The position numbers and the translations under genes are program-made. DNA of 64,000 nucleotides from an uncultured Ruminococcus sp. GTDB lineage: Bacteria > Bacillota > Clostridia > Oscillospirales > Ruminococcaceae. The notes beneath the pieces are model-generated. The model worked only from the letters and a program-made list of their open reading frames with translations. It did not search any database and was not told the DNA's origin. Shown piece after piece: positions 36,579-46,168 of the stretch. Location: positions 31,570 to 95,569 of the forward strand of contig CAMOPY010000002.1 in NCBI GenBank assembly GCA_946622505.1. The letters run 5' to 3'. Position 1 is the stretch's first letter, and each line of letters opens with the position of its first letter.

Positions 36579-36747
36579 CATTTTAAGGTGAAGTTTGTGC
36601 AGATGCACTAACTTGTAACTTTTGTTTATGCAACATAACTAAAACATAAGTTGAATGATTTTATCAATTAACGTCTGGACACAAAAAACTAAGGGTGTTT
36701 ACTGAACGGTTTTCAATAGAGCTGAGCATCAGACAGTACAGGAGGAC

Positions 36748-36778
36748 TAAAAAAGAGCCCCGCATTAAAGCGGAGCTC
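36748..36778 (-). terminator. intrinsic terminator after cellobiose phosphorylase
   Basis: gagctccgc/gcggggctc stem followed by a T6 run on the minus strand. Confidence 0.75.
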
Positions 36779-36792
36779 CTGATCTTATAAGA

Positions 36793-39246
36793 TCATCCCA
36801 TTACGACCTCAACAGTGTGCTCTGTTCCTGCATCGAAAACAGGGAGAACATTTCCGTTGACCTTAACGCCGTCGCAAACGACGCTCTTGATGCCCTTGGA
36901 CACATGGTCGGGGTTCTTGATGGTGATGTTGTAGGTGTTTCCTCTGAACAGTCTCTTGAGCTTGAAGCCGTCCCATGCCTCGGGGATAGAGGGATCGATC
37001 TTCAGTCCGTCGTAGTCAGGGATACAGCCCAGGATGTACTGAGAGATAGCCACGAAGTTCCAGGAAGCTGTTCCTGTCAGCCAGCTGTTCTTAGCCTCGC
37101 CGTGGCGCTTTGCATCCTTTCCTGCGATCATCTGTGCATATACATAAGGCTCTGTTCTGTGAAGATCGGAGATGTCCTCAAGATATGCGGGAGCGATCTT
37201 GGAATAGTACTCGAAAGCCTGATCTCCTCTGCCGATAGCAGCCTCTGCACAGATTATCCATGCGTTGTTGTGGCAGAAGATACCTGCGTTCTCCTTGTAT
37301 CCGCCGGGATAAGTGGAGATCTCGCCGTACTCTTTATAATATCTTGTGAATGCGGGGTTATTAAGAACAAGGCCATACTTTGTATCGAGATACTTCTTTA
37401 CGCTGTTCATGGTAAGGATATCCTTGCCGGACTCCTTGCCAAGGCCGGCCATAACTGCAAAGCCCTGGGGCTCGATAAATATCTTGCCCTCCTCGCACTC
37501 CTTGGAGCCCATCTTCTTGCCGAAGTCATCATAAGCTCTCAGGAACCACTCGCCGTCAAAAGCGTGTTCCATAGTGTTCTTGTTCATCTTGTCGATCTCG
37601 GCCTGAGCCTTTGCAGCCTCATCGTCAAGACCCTGATGCTTACAGAGCGCAACATACTCGGGTCCTATAAAAGCCATCATCGTTGCCACGAGCACCGACT
37701 CAGCCACACGGCTGAACTTCTGATCGCCGTACTTAGGCGAAGTATAGGTCTGGAAGCTCTCGCCCGGAGTGTCGGAATGGCAGCTCAGGTTGATGCAGTC
37801 GTTCCAGTCAGCTCTCATTGCAAGAGGCAGCCCGTGAGGACCAACGTTCTCTGCAACGTGCCAGAAGCTCATCTTCAGGTGGTGCATCATAGACTGAGCC
37901 TTGCTCTCGTCGTTGTCATAAGGCACCTGCTCGTCAAGGATCGAGTAGTCGCCTGTCTCCTTGATATACTGTGCAGTAGAAAGGATCATCCACAGCGGGT
38001 CATCTGAGAAGTCGCCGCCGATAGCGTCGTTGCCCTTCTTTGTAAGAGGCTGATACTGATGATAGCAGCCGCCGTCCTCGAACTGGGTAGCAGCAAGATC
38101 GAGTATCCTCTGTCTTGCTCTGTCGGGGATCTGGTGAACGAAGCCCAGCAGATCCTGGTTGGAGTCACGGAAGCCCATTCCTCTGCCTATACCGCTCTCG
38201 AAGTAGGAAGCGGATCTGGACATATTGAATGTTACCATGCACTGATACTGGTTCCAGATATTTACCATTCTGTTGAGCTTCTCATCAGAGGTCTCAACGT
38301 GATACTGAGAAAGCAGAGCGTTCCACGAAGCCTTGAGCTCCTCCAGAGCCTTGTCAGCCTTTTCAGCAGTGTTCATAGCCTCGATCATCTCATAAGCCTT
38401 CGACTTGTTCATAGAGCCGTCAGCGTTCCACTTGTTCTTGCCGTTCTCAACATAACCGAGAACGAACACGAGCACCTTTTCTTCGCCTGCTGCAAGAGTG
38501 ATATCTACGCAGTGCGAAGCCACAGGCGACCAGCCGTCGGCAACCGAGTTTGAGGGCTTGCCCTCGAAAACAGTGCCGGGGTTTGCAAAGCCGTTGTAAA
38601 CGCTTCCCATGAAGCTCTCTCTGTCGGTATCGAAGCCTTCGATATCGGTGTTTACGGTGTAGAATGCGAAGTGATCTCTTCTCTCCTTGTACTCTGTCTT
38701 GTGGAAGATAGTGGAGCCTTCGATCTCGACCTCGCCGGTGTTGAAGTTTCTCTGGAAGTTCTCACCGTCGTCCTGAGCGTTCCACAGGCACCACTCGAGG
38801 AAGGAGAACAGCTTGAAGCTCTTGGGCTTGTCCGAGGTGTTCTTGAGAACTACCTTCTGCACTTCGCCGTTATAGTTCTGAGGAACGAAGAACGATACCT
38901 CAGCCTCAAGGCCGTTCTTAGCGCCCTTGATAATGGTGTAGCCCATACCGTGACGGCAGGAATAGCTGTCGAGCTCGGTCTTTACAGGGCTCCAGCCGGG
39001 GTTCCATACGGTGCCCTCGTCATTGATATAGAAATATCTTCCGCCCATATCAACGGGGACATTGTTGTAACGGTATCTTGTGATCCTTCTGAGTCTTGCG
39101 TCCTTGAAGAAGCTGTATCCTCCTGCTGTATTGGAGATCAGCGAGAAGAATTCCTGTGTTCCGAGGTAGTTTATCCACGGATAGGGAGTTCTGGGGTTGG
39201 TGATGACATATTCCTTGTTTACGTCATCAAAGAAACCAAATTTCAT
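36793..39246 (-). CDS. cellobiose (or cellodextrin) phosphorylase, GH94
   Basis: 817 aa. N-terminal [29 protein letters not shown] is characteristic of GH94 cellobiose phosphorylases. Confidence 0.9.
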   Translation of the reverse strand: MKFGFFDDVNKEYVITNPRTPYPWINYLGTQEFFSLISNTAGGYSFFKDARLRRITRYRYNNVPVDMGGRYFYINDEGTVWNPGWSPVKTELDSYSCRHGMGYTIIKGAKNGLEAEVSFFVPQNYNGEVQKVVLKNTSDKPKSFKLFSFLEWCLWNAQDDGENFQRNFNTGEVEIEGSTIFHKTEYKERRDHFAFYTVNTDIEGFDTDRESFMGSVYNGFANPGTVFEGKPSNSVADGWSPVASHCVDITLAAGEEKVLVFVLGYVENGKNKWNADGSMNKSKAYEMIEAMNTAEKADKALEELKASWNALLSQYHVETSDEKLNRMVNIWNQYQCMVTFNMSRSASYFESGIGRGMGFRDSNQDLLGFVHQIPDRARQRILDLAATQFEDGGCYHQYQPLTKKGNDAIGGDFSDDPLWMILSTAQYIKETGDYSILDEQVPYDNDESKAQSMMHHLKMSFWHVAENVGPHGLPLAMRADWNDCINLSCHSDTPGESFQTYTSPKYGDQKFSRVAESVLVATMMAFIGPEYVALCKHQGLDDEAAKAQAEIDKMNKNTMEHAFDGEWFLRAYDDFGKKMGSKECEEGKIFIEPQGFAVMAGLGKESGKDILTMNSVKKYLDTKYGLVLNNPAFTRYYKEYGEISTYPGGYKENAGIFCHNNAWIICAEAAIGRGDQAFEYYSKIAPAYLEDISDLHRTEPYVYAQMIAGKDAKRHGEAKNSWLTGTASWNFVAISQYILGCIPDYDGLKIDPSIPEAWDGFKLKRLFRGNTYNITIKNPDHVSKGIKSVVCDGVKVNGNVLPVFDAGTEHTVEVVMG

Positions 39247-39298
39247 AATTGTTTTCCACCTTTCGATATTATGTATAAAAATTTATTTCCATAAATTA

Positions 39299-39964
39299 TT
39301 ACCGTTTCAGTTTGGCGCTTATATATATCACCGAATATTGATAATAGGTCATCTTCGCATCCGAGCGGTAAAAGGTCACGTTCTGATAGCCGCTGCCCTC
39401 TTCCGATAGCTCGTTATAAGCAAAGCCCGAGCCTCTTTCAAAGGATTCTCCCTCAGAAAGCTCGTCGAACGCTTCATCGGGTATCTGCAAAAGCACACCG
39501 CCGCTGCTGTCATCAAAGGCCGCATAGTAATTGCCCGATGAGTCGGCACACAGCGTATAGCTGCTCACATTCACTGTTTTCGGGATTTTGAGTTCTTTTC
39601 CGATGTTTACCGCTGCGCCGAGCGCTATCACCGCAAAGATCACCAGCACAGCGCCGCCGCCCAGAGTGAACAACAGCTGCTCGATCGAACTTGCTCTGCC
39701 CTTCCATGTCTTTGTAAAAACGACCAAAAAAGCCGCTATTGCCGCAAGCAGGACCACGAACTTTATCAGGTTGCCGATAAAAAACGTCTCGACCGTCTGC
39801 TTGCCTCCAAGGTTGTCGGCATTGCGCACGATCAGCTCCTTTATCCCGGAAGCCGCCAGCCCCAGCACGAACGCTCCGAGAAGTATGGGCTTCCATTTGA
39901 ACTCCTCCGACTTGTGATACCGGTAGTCCCGGATCTGCTTGTCAAAGCTGCTGTTAAAGTCCAT
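39299..39964 (-). CDS. hypothetical multi-pass membrane protein
   Basis: 221 aa with 3 hydrophobic helices. Sits tightly between the mutarotase-like and GH94 genes. Confidence 0.55.
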   Translation of the reverse strand: MDFNSSFDKQIRDYRYHKSEEFKWKPILLGAFVLGLAASGIKELIVRNADNLGGKQTVETFFIGNLIKFVVLLAAIAAFLVVFTKTWKGRASSIEQLLFTLGGGAVLVIFAVIALGAAVNIGKELKIPKTVNVSSYTLCADSSGNYYAAFDDSSGGVLLQIPDEAFDELSEGESFERGSGFAYNELSEEGSGYQNVTFYRSDAKMTYYQYSVIYISAKLKR

Positions 39965-39967
39965 CCG

Positions 39968-40981
39968 TCAGTCTTTCTTTGTGAAGAACCTCTGCCAGCA
40001 CCTGAAGGTCTGGCCTCTGATAAGTTCACAATAACCCGAAGTCTCATGGTCGAGAGAAAGGTTCGGAGAATTTATCATAGCGGTCATAGGCTCGGGACAG
40101 AAATAGCCGTTAAAGCCCCTGTCGTTCCACATATTCCAGAATTTGAACTCCTTCGACACCTCATTGCATATCTTCATCCCAGTGTCAAGGTCTGTCACAT
40201 AAGCGCCGTAGAAGTCCTCGCCGTCGAGCTCGTTCATAACAGCCGTATACATATCGTTGGAAATGTCATTGAGCGTGGGCATCTTTGTGCCTTTCTTATA
40301 TTCAAGGTCCTTGTCCGAGAGCGGCAGCAGCCTCTCTGTGGGCAGGCACCTGTCATCAAGCTCGCATCTTTCGCCTATTGGCACGCACAGTCTCATAGAC
40401 TCCTCCTGTCCTCCGTCGCACATAGGCGCATTAAGGCAGGTGTGGGTGCATATGGAAACAGGCAGAGCTCTGTCGCTGTTGCTTGTCAGGTATATCTCCT
40501 GTGTCAGTCCGTCCCTGTCGGAAAGGGTAAAGGTATAGCTTATCTTGAAATCCACAGGGAAATACTTATACATCTCGTCCTTCTTGTCATAGGTGTAGGA
40601 CGTCACCAGCACGCACTTGCCGTCCTCTGTGGAATAGCACTCCACCTCATGAGGTCTTTTGTGGACCCAGCCGTGGATAAAGTTTCCGAGTGCTTTTTCA
40701 TTGATCGGCAGCTGATACACAGCGTCCGATGTTTTGAGCACACCGTTTTCAAATCTGTTCGGCAGGTAAAGCGTGGGCAATCCCCATATCTCCCTTGCCT
40801 CATTTATCTTATCTATCGTGCAGTCATCCCTGTAACGGAATATCTCCACGCCGTTCTGCTCATCTCTCAGCCTGAGGACAGCCGAGCCCATTGTGTTTGC
40901 CACTATGCATATATATCTGCCCGAATGCATCCTTACGCATTTCTGGCCTTTAAAGTCAAATTCAAGTTCGATCTTGTTCAA
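39968..40981 (-). CDS. aldose 1-epimerase (mutarotase) family protein
   Basis: 337 aa with epimerase-like motifs (GLPTLYLPNRFENG, NFIHGW, FCPEPMT). TTG start after GGTGA. Confidence 0.6.
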   Translation of the reverse strand: MNKIELEFDFKGQKCVRMHSGRYICIVANTMGSAVLRLRDEQNGVEIFRYRDDCTIDKINEAREIWGLPTLYLPNRFENGVLKTSDAVYQLPINEKALGNFIHGWVHKRPHEVECYSTEDGKCVLVTSYTYDKKDEMYKYFPVDFKISYTFTLSDRDGLTQEIYLTSNSDRALPVSICTHTCLNAPMCDGGQEESMRLCVPIGERCELDDRCLPTERLLPLSDKDLEYKKGTKMPTLNDISNDMYTAVMNELDGEDFYGAYVTDLDTGMKICNEVSKEFKFWNMWNDRGFNGYFCPEPMTAMINSPNLSLDHETSGYCELIRGQTFRCWQRFFTKKD

Positions 40982-41051
40982 TCAAATTCACCGCCGTGCT
41001 TTACTTAATCGTTTAAGGTGCTATAAGAACACCTTATTCACCGTACAACTA

Positions 41052-41080
41052 ATTATAACACATTCCGAGAGTTTTGTCTA
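41052..41080 (-). promoter_or_regulatory. sigma-A type promoter TAGACA-17-TATAAT (TGn) for the mutarotase/membrane/GH94 operon
   Basis: Reverse complement reads TAGACAaaactctcggaatgtgtTATAAT. Confidence 0.55.
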
Positions 41081-41237
41081 TAAGATTTTATTGCCCGGTA
41101 TATAGAATTTTTAATACTATTTTCTGTAATATTTACCAAAAGACCAATGAATAAAGCAGCGGTAAGATGTCAATACTAAGCTTGCAACGCCGCAAGGCTT
41201 GATATAAAGCTATTCAAACGCAAAGGAGGTAATCTTG

Positions 41238-41441
41238 ATGCTGGACAGGATAGCGCTGGTGCTTCTCATTATCGGGGGGCTGAACTGGGGGCTGCTGGGT
41301 CTTTTCGGATTTGACCTTGTCGCCTTTATCTTCGGCGGTCAGGGGGCTGTTATCAGCAGGCTGATCTATACACTGGTCGCAGTTTCGGCTGTGTGGTGTA
41401 TCTCGCTGTTTTTCAAGGACAGGGAGCTGATCCCCGGCTAG
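41238..41441 (+). CDS. DUF378-family small membrane protein
   Basis: LDRIALVLLIIGGLNWGLLGLFGFDLVAFIFGG is the hallmark DUF378 sequence. The ATG lies 8 nt after GGAGG. Confidence 0.8.
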   Translation: MLDRIALVLLIIGGLNWGLLGLFGFDLVAFIFGGQGAVISRLIYTLVAVSAVWCISLFFKDRELIPG

Positions 41442-41715
41442 GGGGCAGCTACCGGAAGGGGGCCTGTTTTCAAAGGCAGGCCATAGGTGACGGGTTTGCA
41501 AAAAGTCTGCAAAAGAAAACAGACTTCCTTCCGATAGAGAATAGATCCCTTCAGAGAAGAGTGCATACGGGCGGCAAGGCCGGCTGTATGCGCTCTTTTT
41601 GCCTGAAGCCGCCAGGCACAAGGCAAAAATGGGTGTCGGGCTGATAAAAAGGAGCAGCGAAAATTGTGCAAATTAACGAAATTAAACGAAAAATGTCATA
41701 AAACGGAAATTTTGC

Positions 41716-41744
41716 TTGACAGTTTTTTCGTTTGCGGTTATAAT
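41716..41744 (+). promoter_or_regulatory. sigma-A type promoter TTGACA-17-TATAAT for the GH25 gene
   Basis: Perfect hexamers with an exact 17-nt spacer. Confidence 0.65.
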
Positions 41745-41828
41745 GCTTATGGTGTTAAATGAATGTTTAACATCCGTTTTGTTGTCTCCTTTCTTTTGTT
41801 CTACACATAATTATTTTATTTCATCTCG

Positions 41829-41857
41829 AGCAGGGCACCGTTGTCCTGCTATTTTTC
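41829..41857 (+). terminator. terminator-like hairpin + T-run inside the GH25 5' leader (possible attenuator)
   Basis: agcagggc-accgtt-gtcctgct stem followed by attttt, 40 nt upstream of the ATG. Confidence 0.45.
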
Positions 41858-41895
41858 TGTCCGGGGGCAGAGACTTTGCTAAGGAGGTGGTCTGC

Positions 41896-43179
41896 ATGAA
41901 AAGAATAATACCATTAGCTGCCTGTGCAGCGTTTCTTTGCGGCTGCGGCTCGGAGATAGGAAGGTCGGAGCCCGTGAATGTTACCGTGGATAAGAGCTCC
42001 TCTGAGGCTCAAACAACGACCACTGCCGTTTCAACGACTGCTGCGTCAACATCAGCGCCGGTGACAACGACCGGAAAAAAGACGGAGAAAAAGGCTCCGG
42101 AGGTCAAGCTTGAATACACCAAAGAGTTTGAGGTCTTCGAGGATGTCAGGCTCTCGGATATGGTGACGAAAACAGATGCCGAGCTGGCAGAGCCCGACAC
42201 AAGGATAGATACCGAAACAACAGGCGAGCATAAGGTAAAGGTCAGACTTATCACCGGCGGAAAGGAAACGGTGAAGGAGCTTACATACACTGTTAAGGAC
42301 ACTACGCCGCCTGTTCTGCTTGGGGGAGATTACTTCTCGACACAGGTGGGCAGCAGCTGTGATATAAGCACACTGGGGTTTGTGGCCGACAATTATGATA
42401 CCGAACCGACTATAACGGTGGACGGCTATGTGGACACCGACACCATAGGTGTTTACAGTGTTACAGCGACCCTCTCCGACAGCTCGGGGAACACCTCCGT
42501 CAGGGAGGTGACGGTGGAGGTGGCGGACTTTGCTTCGTCCTATCTTGTGCCTGACAACGGCGAAATGGCATTTTCGGACTATCTGGACAAATATCAGGGC
42601 GGTTCTGCCGATGTGGGGATAGACGTTTCAGCCTGGCAGGGAAACATCGACTTTGAAGCCGTGGCATCCGAGGGCTGCAATTTCGTTATGGTCAGGGCAG
42701 GCTATTCCTCGGGGAATGTGACAGCGGATGACTATTTCCTGCAGAATGTGGATAACGCACAGGCGGCAGGTCTTGACTGCGGAGTGTATTTTTACAGTGC
42801 CGACAGCGATCCCGAGCTTGTCAGACAGCACGCAAGGTGGCTGATAGATGCTCTCGGCGGCAGGCAGCTTTCTATGCCGATAGCTTTTGACTGGGAGGAC
42901 TTTGCGAATTTCAGAAGCTATAAAATGAACCTGCACACGCTCGATCGGATGTACAAGGTGTTCAAGGAGGAGCTAGAGGCAGCAGGCTATCGGGTAATGC
43001 TTTACGCAAGCAAGAATTTTCTTTCGAGCGCCTGGGAGACAGAGGGCGAGGACATATGGCTTGCGCATTATGTGGAGCAGACCGACTATGAGGGCAGCTA
43101 TTCGCTGTGGCAGACAGGTGTGGGCCGCATAAACGGCATCGACGGACAGGTGGATCTGGATGTGAGATATGCTCGCTGA
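41896..43179 (+). CDS. GH25 muramidase (lysozyme) lipoprotein with Ig-like/DUF5011-like domain
   Basis: Lipobox-like signal MKRIIPLAACAAFLCGC and a Thr-rich linker. GH25 motifs GIDVSAWQGNIDF and FVMVRAGY. The start is trimmed to 41896, after AAGGAGG. Confidence 0.85.
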   Translation: MKRIIPLAACAAFLCGCGSEIGRSEPVNVTVDKSSSEAQTTTTAVSTTAASTSAPVTTTGKKTEKKAPEVKLEYTKEFEVFEDVRLSDMVTKTDAELAEPDTRIDTETTGEHKVKVRLITGGKETVKELTYTVKDTTPPVLLGGDYFSTQVGSSCDISTLGFVADNYDTEPTITVDGYVDTDTIGVYSVTATLSDSSGNTSVREVTVEVADFASSYLVPDNGEMAFSDYLDKYQGGSADVGIDVSAWQGNIDFEAVASEGCNFVMVRAGYSSGNVTADDYFLQNVDNAQAAGLDCGVYFYSADSDPELVRQHARWLIDALGGRQLSMPIAFDWEDFANFRSYKMNLHTLDRMYKVFKEELEAAGYRVMLYASKNFLSSAWETEGEDIWLAHYVEQTDYEGSYSLWQTGVGRINGIDGQVDLDVRYAR

Positions 43180-43221
43180 CGGCGGTTTACAAAAAATTTA
43201 CAAATAAGTAGACCTGTGCCC

Positions 43222-43250
43222 TTGACAAGAAGTGACGGGTCTGCTATAAT
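43222..43250 (+). promoter_or_regulatory. sigma-A type promoter TTGACA-17-TATAAT for rplJL
   Basis: Perfect hexamers with an exact 17-nt spacer. Confidence 0.7.
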
Positions 43251-43423
43251 ATTAAGGCATTCGTATCTAAAGACAGCAGGCGGTGTGATGAACACGGAAG
43301 CCCTGCCGAGGAGGAATAGCAAGGTTTTATAATGAACTTTGTGCCCTTTTGTCTTTGACGAAAGGGTCTTTCTTATTTTAGTGACGTTTTGCTATCTTGA
43401 TCTTGAGAGAGGTGAAATGACAA
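43251..43423 (+). promoter_or_regulatory. ribosomal protein L10 leader (autoregulatory 5' UTR of rplJ)
   Basis: A ~170-nt structured leader directly upstream of rplJ. It ends in the hairpin ccctttt...gaaaggg plus tctttcttatttt. Position and architecture match the Firmicute L10 leader; not checked against a covariance model. Confidence 0.6.
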
Positions 43424-43933
43424 ATGGCAAGTGAAAAGGTTTTAAGCGCAAAGAAGGCAAGAGTTCAGGAACTCGCAGAGATGATCAAGAACTCTCAGGC
43501 AGGCGTGCTCGTTGATTACAAGGGCATCACTGTTGAGGAGGACACCAAGCTTCGTAAGGAGCTGAGAGAGGCTGAGATCAACTACTTTGTTGAGAAGAAC
43601 ACCATCCTGAGATTTGCTCTCAAGGAGGCAGGACTCGAGGCTATGTGCGATGTTCTCGAGGGAACAACTGCTATCGCTATCTCTAACGGCGACCAGACCG
43701 CTCCTGCAAGAATACTCGGAAAGTTCTCTGAGGACTGCAAGGGAGAGAAGTTCTTCCTCAAGAACGGTTACATCGGCGAGGAGGTCTATGACGAGGCAGG
43801 CGTAAAGGCACTGTCGAAGATCCCTTCGAGAGAGGTGCTTCTGGCACAGCTCGTTGGTTCTCTTCAGGGACCGCTCACAAAGCTGGCTGCAACTCTTCAG
43901 GCAGTTGTGGACAAGGAAAACGGCGCTGCATAA
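43424..43933 (+). CDS. rplJ: 50S ribosomal protein L10
   Basis: 169 aa with a typical L10 sequence, directly upstream of rplL. Confidence 0.95.
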   Translation: MASEKVLSAKKARVQELAEMIKNSQAGVLVDYKGITVEEDTKLRKELREAEINYFVEKNTILRFALKEAGLEAMCDVLEGTTAIAISNGDQTAPARILGKFSEDCKGEKFFLKNGYIGEEVYDEAGVKALSKIPSREVLLAQLVGSLQGPLTKLAATLQAVVDKENGAA

Positions 43934-44045
43934 CTGCGGCTTCGGCGGCATAGGGATATGCTGCATCTGACGGGAGCGCAGCTCCTGAAAACGTGGGGGA
44001 ACGATCCCCCGGACTTTATTAAATTTTAAAAAGGAGATTATTATC

Positions 44046-44420
44046 ATGGCTTCAGAGAAGATCACAAAATTTGTAGAAGATATCAAGACCCTGTCCGTTC
44101 TCGAGCTTTCCGAGCTCGTTGACGCTATCCAGGAGGAATTCGGTGTAACAGCTGCTATCGCTGCTGGTCCTGCTGCTGGTGCAGGCGCAGGCGCTGCTGC
44201 TGAGGAGAAGACTGAGTTCGACGTAGTTCTCGCTTCCTTCGGCGATTCCAAGATGCCTGTTATCAAGGCTGTTAAGGAGATCACAGGTCTCGGTCTTAAG
44301 GAGTCCAAGGAGCTCGTTGAGGGTGCTCCCAAGGCTATCAAGGAGGGCGTTTCCAAGGCTGACGCTGAGGAGATCAAGGCTAAGCTCGAGGCTGCCGGCG
44401 CTACTGTTGAGCTCAAGTAA
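44046..44420 (+). CDS. rplL: 50S ribosomal protein L7/L12
   Basis: Ala/Gly hinge and C-terminal [25 protein letters not shown]... Confidence 0.95.
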   Translation: MASEKITKFVEDIKTLSVLELSELVDAIQEEFGVTAAIAAGPAAGAGAGAAAEEKTEFDVVLASFGDSKMPVIKAVKEITGLGLKESKELVEGAPKAIKEGVSKADAEEIKAKLEAAGATVELK

Positions 44421-44422
44421 TT

Positions 44423-44442
44423 GGTGCTCGCCGCACGGCTAA
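44423..44442 (+). repeat. 20-nt motif GGTGCTCGCCGCACGGCTAA, second copy (see 906-925)
   Basis: Exact match. Begins 2 nt after the rplL stop codon. Confidence 0.85.
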
Positions 44443-44528
44443 ACCACGCCGTACATTGAGCGTGCTTTTCACTTTGCTCCCGCTGATACAGCAGAGCACA
44501 GGTGGAAAGATCGTAAAAGCAAATATAA

Positions 44529-44556
44529 AGACCGTCCGTGTGGGCGGTCTTTTTTG
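44529..44556. terminator. intrinsic terminator between convergent rplL and FGGY kinase
   Basis: agaccgtcc/gggcggtct stem followed by ttttt. Confidence 0.75.
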
Positions 44557-44565
44557 CTGTTGTTA

Positions 44566-46158
44566 TTAAAAATCCTCTGCGGCTGCTTTCTCTGCCGTTA
44601 TGGCGCTGCGGTAGCCCTGCATAAAGCGCTCGAAGCCTTCGGTCTCTTCCTTGGTCGGGGCGATAGTGCTGCCGTTTGCGTCTTTAAAGATAACGCCGTC
44701 AAGAAAATCGGGGAGAGATATCTCCCTCTTTTTGCGCTCGAGCATATAAAGCCCCAGCACAGCGGCTCCCCAGGGGCCGCCCTCGCCGGCTGTTTCCATA
44801 ACTGTCACGGGTGCGCCCATAGCTGCCGCAAGAAAGCGCTGGCCGACGCCCTCTGTCTTGAACAGGCCGCCGTGAGCCGTAAGGCTCGACACCTTGGCAT
44901 TCTCTTCCTTGAAAAGGATATCCATCCCCATTTTTACAGCTGCAAGCGAGGAATAAAGGTGGCTGCGCATAAAGTTTGCAAGCGTGAACGCCGCATCCGG
45001 TTTTCTTATGAACAGAGGTCTGCCGCTCTCGAGCCCTGTTATGGATTCTCCCGAATAATAGCCGTAGGACATAAGTCCGCCGCAGTCGGGATCTCCCGAA
45101 AGGGAAGCTGTGTAAAGCTTCTCGTATATCTCGTTATCTTCTGCCTCACGGCCGAAAAGGGCGAGCGCTTCTTTAAAAAGCCTGACCCAGGCATTGAGGT
45201 CGGAGGTGCCGTTGTTTGCATGAGACATAGCCACGGGAGCACCGTCGGGCGTTGTGACCATATCTATCTCACGGTGGAGCTTTGAAAGGTTCCTGTCAAG
45301 GACCAGCATGGCAAAGGTGCTCGTGCCTGCCGAAACGTTTCCGGTCGTGGGTCTTACTGCGTTGGTGGCGGTCATTCCCGTGCCTGCATCGCCCTCGGGC
45401 GGCGCAAATGGCGCTCCGGGCTCAAGGTCGCCCTGCGGATCGAGAAAGGCTGCTCCCTCCTTTGTCAGGAAACCTGCCTGTTCGCCTGCACAAAGGATAC
45501 GGGGCAAAAGCATCTCGGGGTCCTTGTCAAAGCCTTTTGCGCTCAGCTTTTGACGAAGCTTCTGCATCATAGCCTTGTCATAGCACATATCCACGGAGTC
45601 TATCGGGAAGATGCCCGAAGCATCGCCTATGCCGACAACATTTTCTCCGGTCAGCAGAAAATGGATATAGGAGCTGAGAACGGTCACCTTGGAGATCCCG
45701 GTCACAAAGGGCTCACCGTTCAGCACCGCCTGATAAAGGTGAGAGACTGTCCAGCGAAGCGGTATATTGAACCCGAAGGCTTCGGTCAGTTCGTCTGCGG
45801 CTTTGCCTGTGTTTGTGTTTCTCCAGGTACGAAACGGTGTCAGCAGACCTCCCTTTTCATCAAAGGCGAGAAAGCCGTGCATCATTGCACTTATTGTCAC
45901 GGCGCCAAAGCATGTGAGCGTGACTCCGAAGCTGTCACGCACAGCCTTTTTGAGAGAAGCATAACAGCCCCTTAGCCCATTATGTATCTCATCCAGCGGA
46001 TAGCTCCACAAGCCGTCGGTAAGCCTGTTTTCCCAATCATAGGTCCCCACGGCGATAACATTTGCCGAAAGGTCTGTGAGCACAGCTTTTATCCTTGTTG
46101 ACCCGAACTCGATGCCGAGCGAGGTCTGTCCCTGAGTTATTGTATCTTTTATCTGCAT
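44566..46158 (-). CDS. FGGY-family carbohydrate kinase, likely ribulokinase (clostridial AraK-type) or xylulokinase-like
   Basis: N-terminal LGIEFGSTRIKAV actin-fold ATPase motif, ~530 aa, immediately downstream of araD. The start is trimmed to the ATG at 46158, after AAGGAG. Confidence 0.8.
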   Translation of the reverse strand: MQIKDTITQGQTSLGIEFGSTRIKAVLTDLSANVIAVGTYDWENRLTDGLWSYPLDEIHNGLRGCYASLKKAVRDSFGVTLTCFGAVTISAMMHGFLAFDEKGGLLTPFRTWRNTNTGKAADELTEAFGFNIPLRWTVSHLYQAVLNGEPFVTGISKVTVLSSYIHFLLTGENVVGIGDASGIFPIDSVDMCYDKAMMQKLRQKLSAKGFDKDPEMLLPRILCAGEQAGFLTKEGAAFLDPQGDLEPGAPFAPPEGDAGTGMTATNAVRPTTGNVSAGTSTFAMLVLDRNLSKLHREIDMVTTPDGAPVAMSHANNGTSDLNAWVRLFKEALALFGREAEDNEIYEKLYTASLSGDPDCGGLMSYGYYSGESITGLESGRPLFIRKPDAAFTLANFMRSHLYSSLAAVKMGMDILFKEENAKVSSLTAHGGLFKTEGVGQRFLAAAMGAPVTVMETAGEGGPWGAAVLGLYMLERKKREISLPDFLDGVIFKDANGSTIAPTKEETEGFERFMQGYRSAITAEKAAAEDF

Positions 46159-46168
46159 ATAAAGCTCC

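Noticed and set aside
41214-41621. 135-aa minus-strand ORF
   Set aside because: It overlaps the DUF378 gene in antisense and runs into the intergenic terminator region. No RBS or motif.
43442-44416. 324-aa minus-strand ORF
   Set aside because: It is antisense to rplJ and rplL, which are unmistakable ribosomal protein genes.
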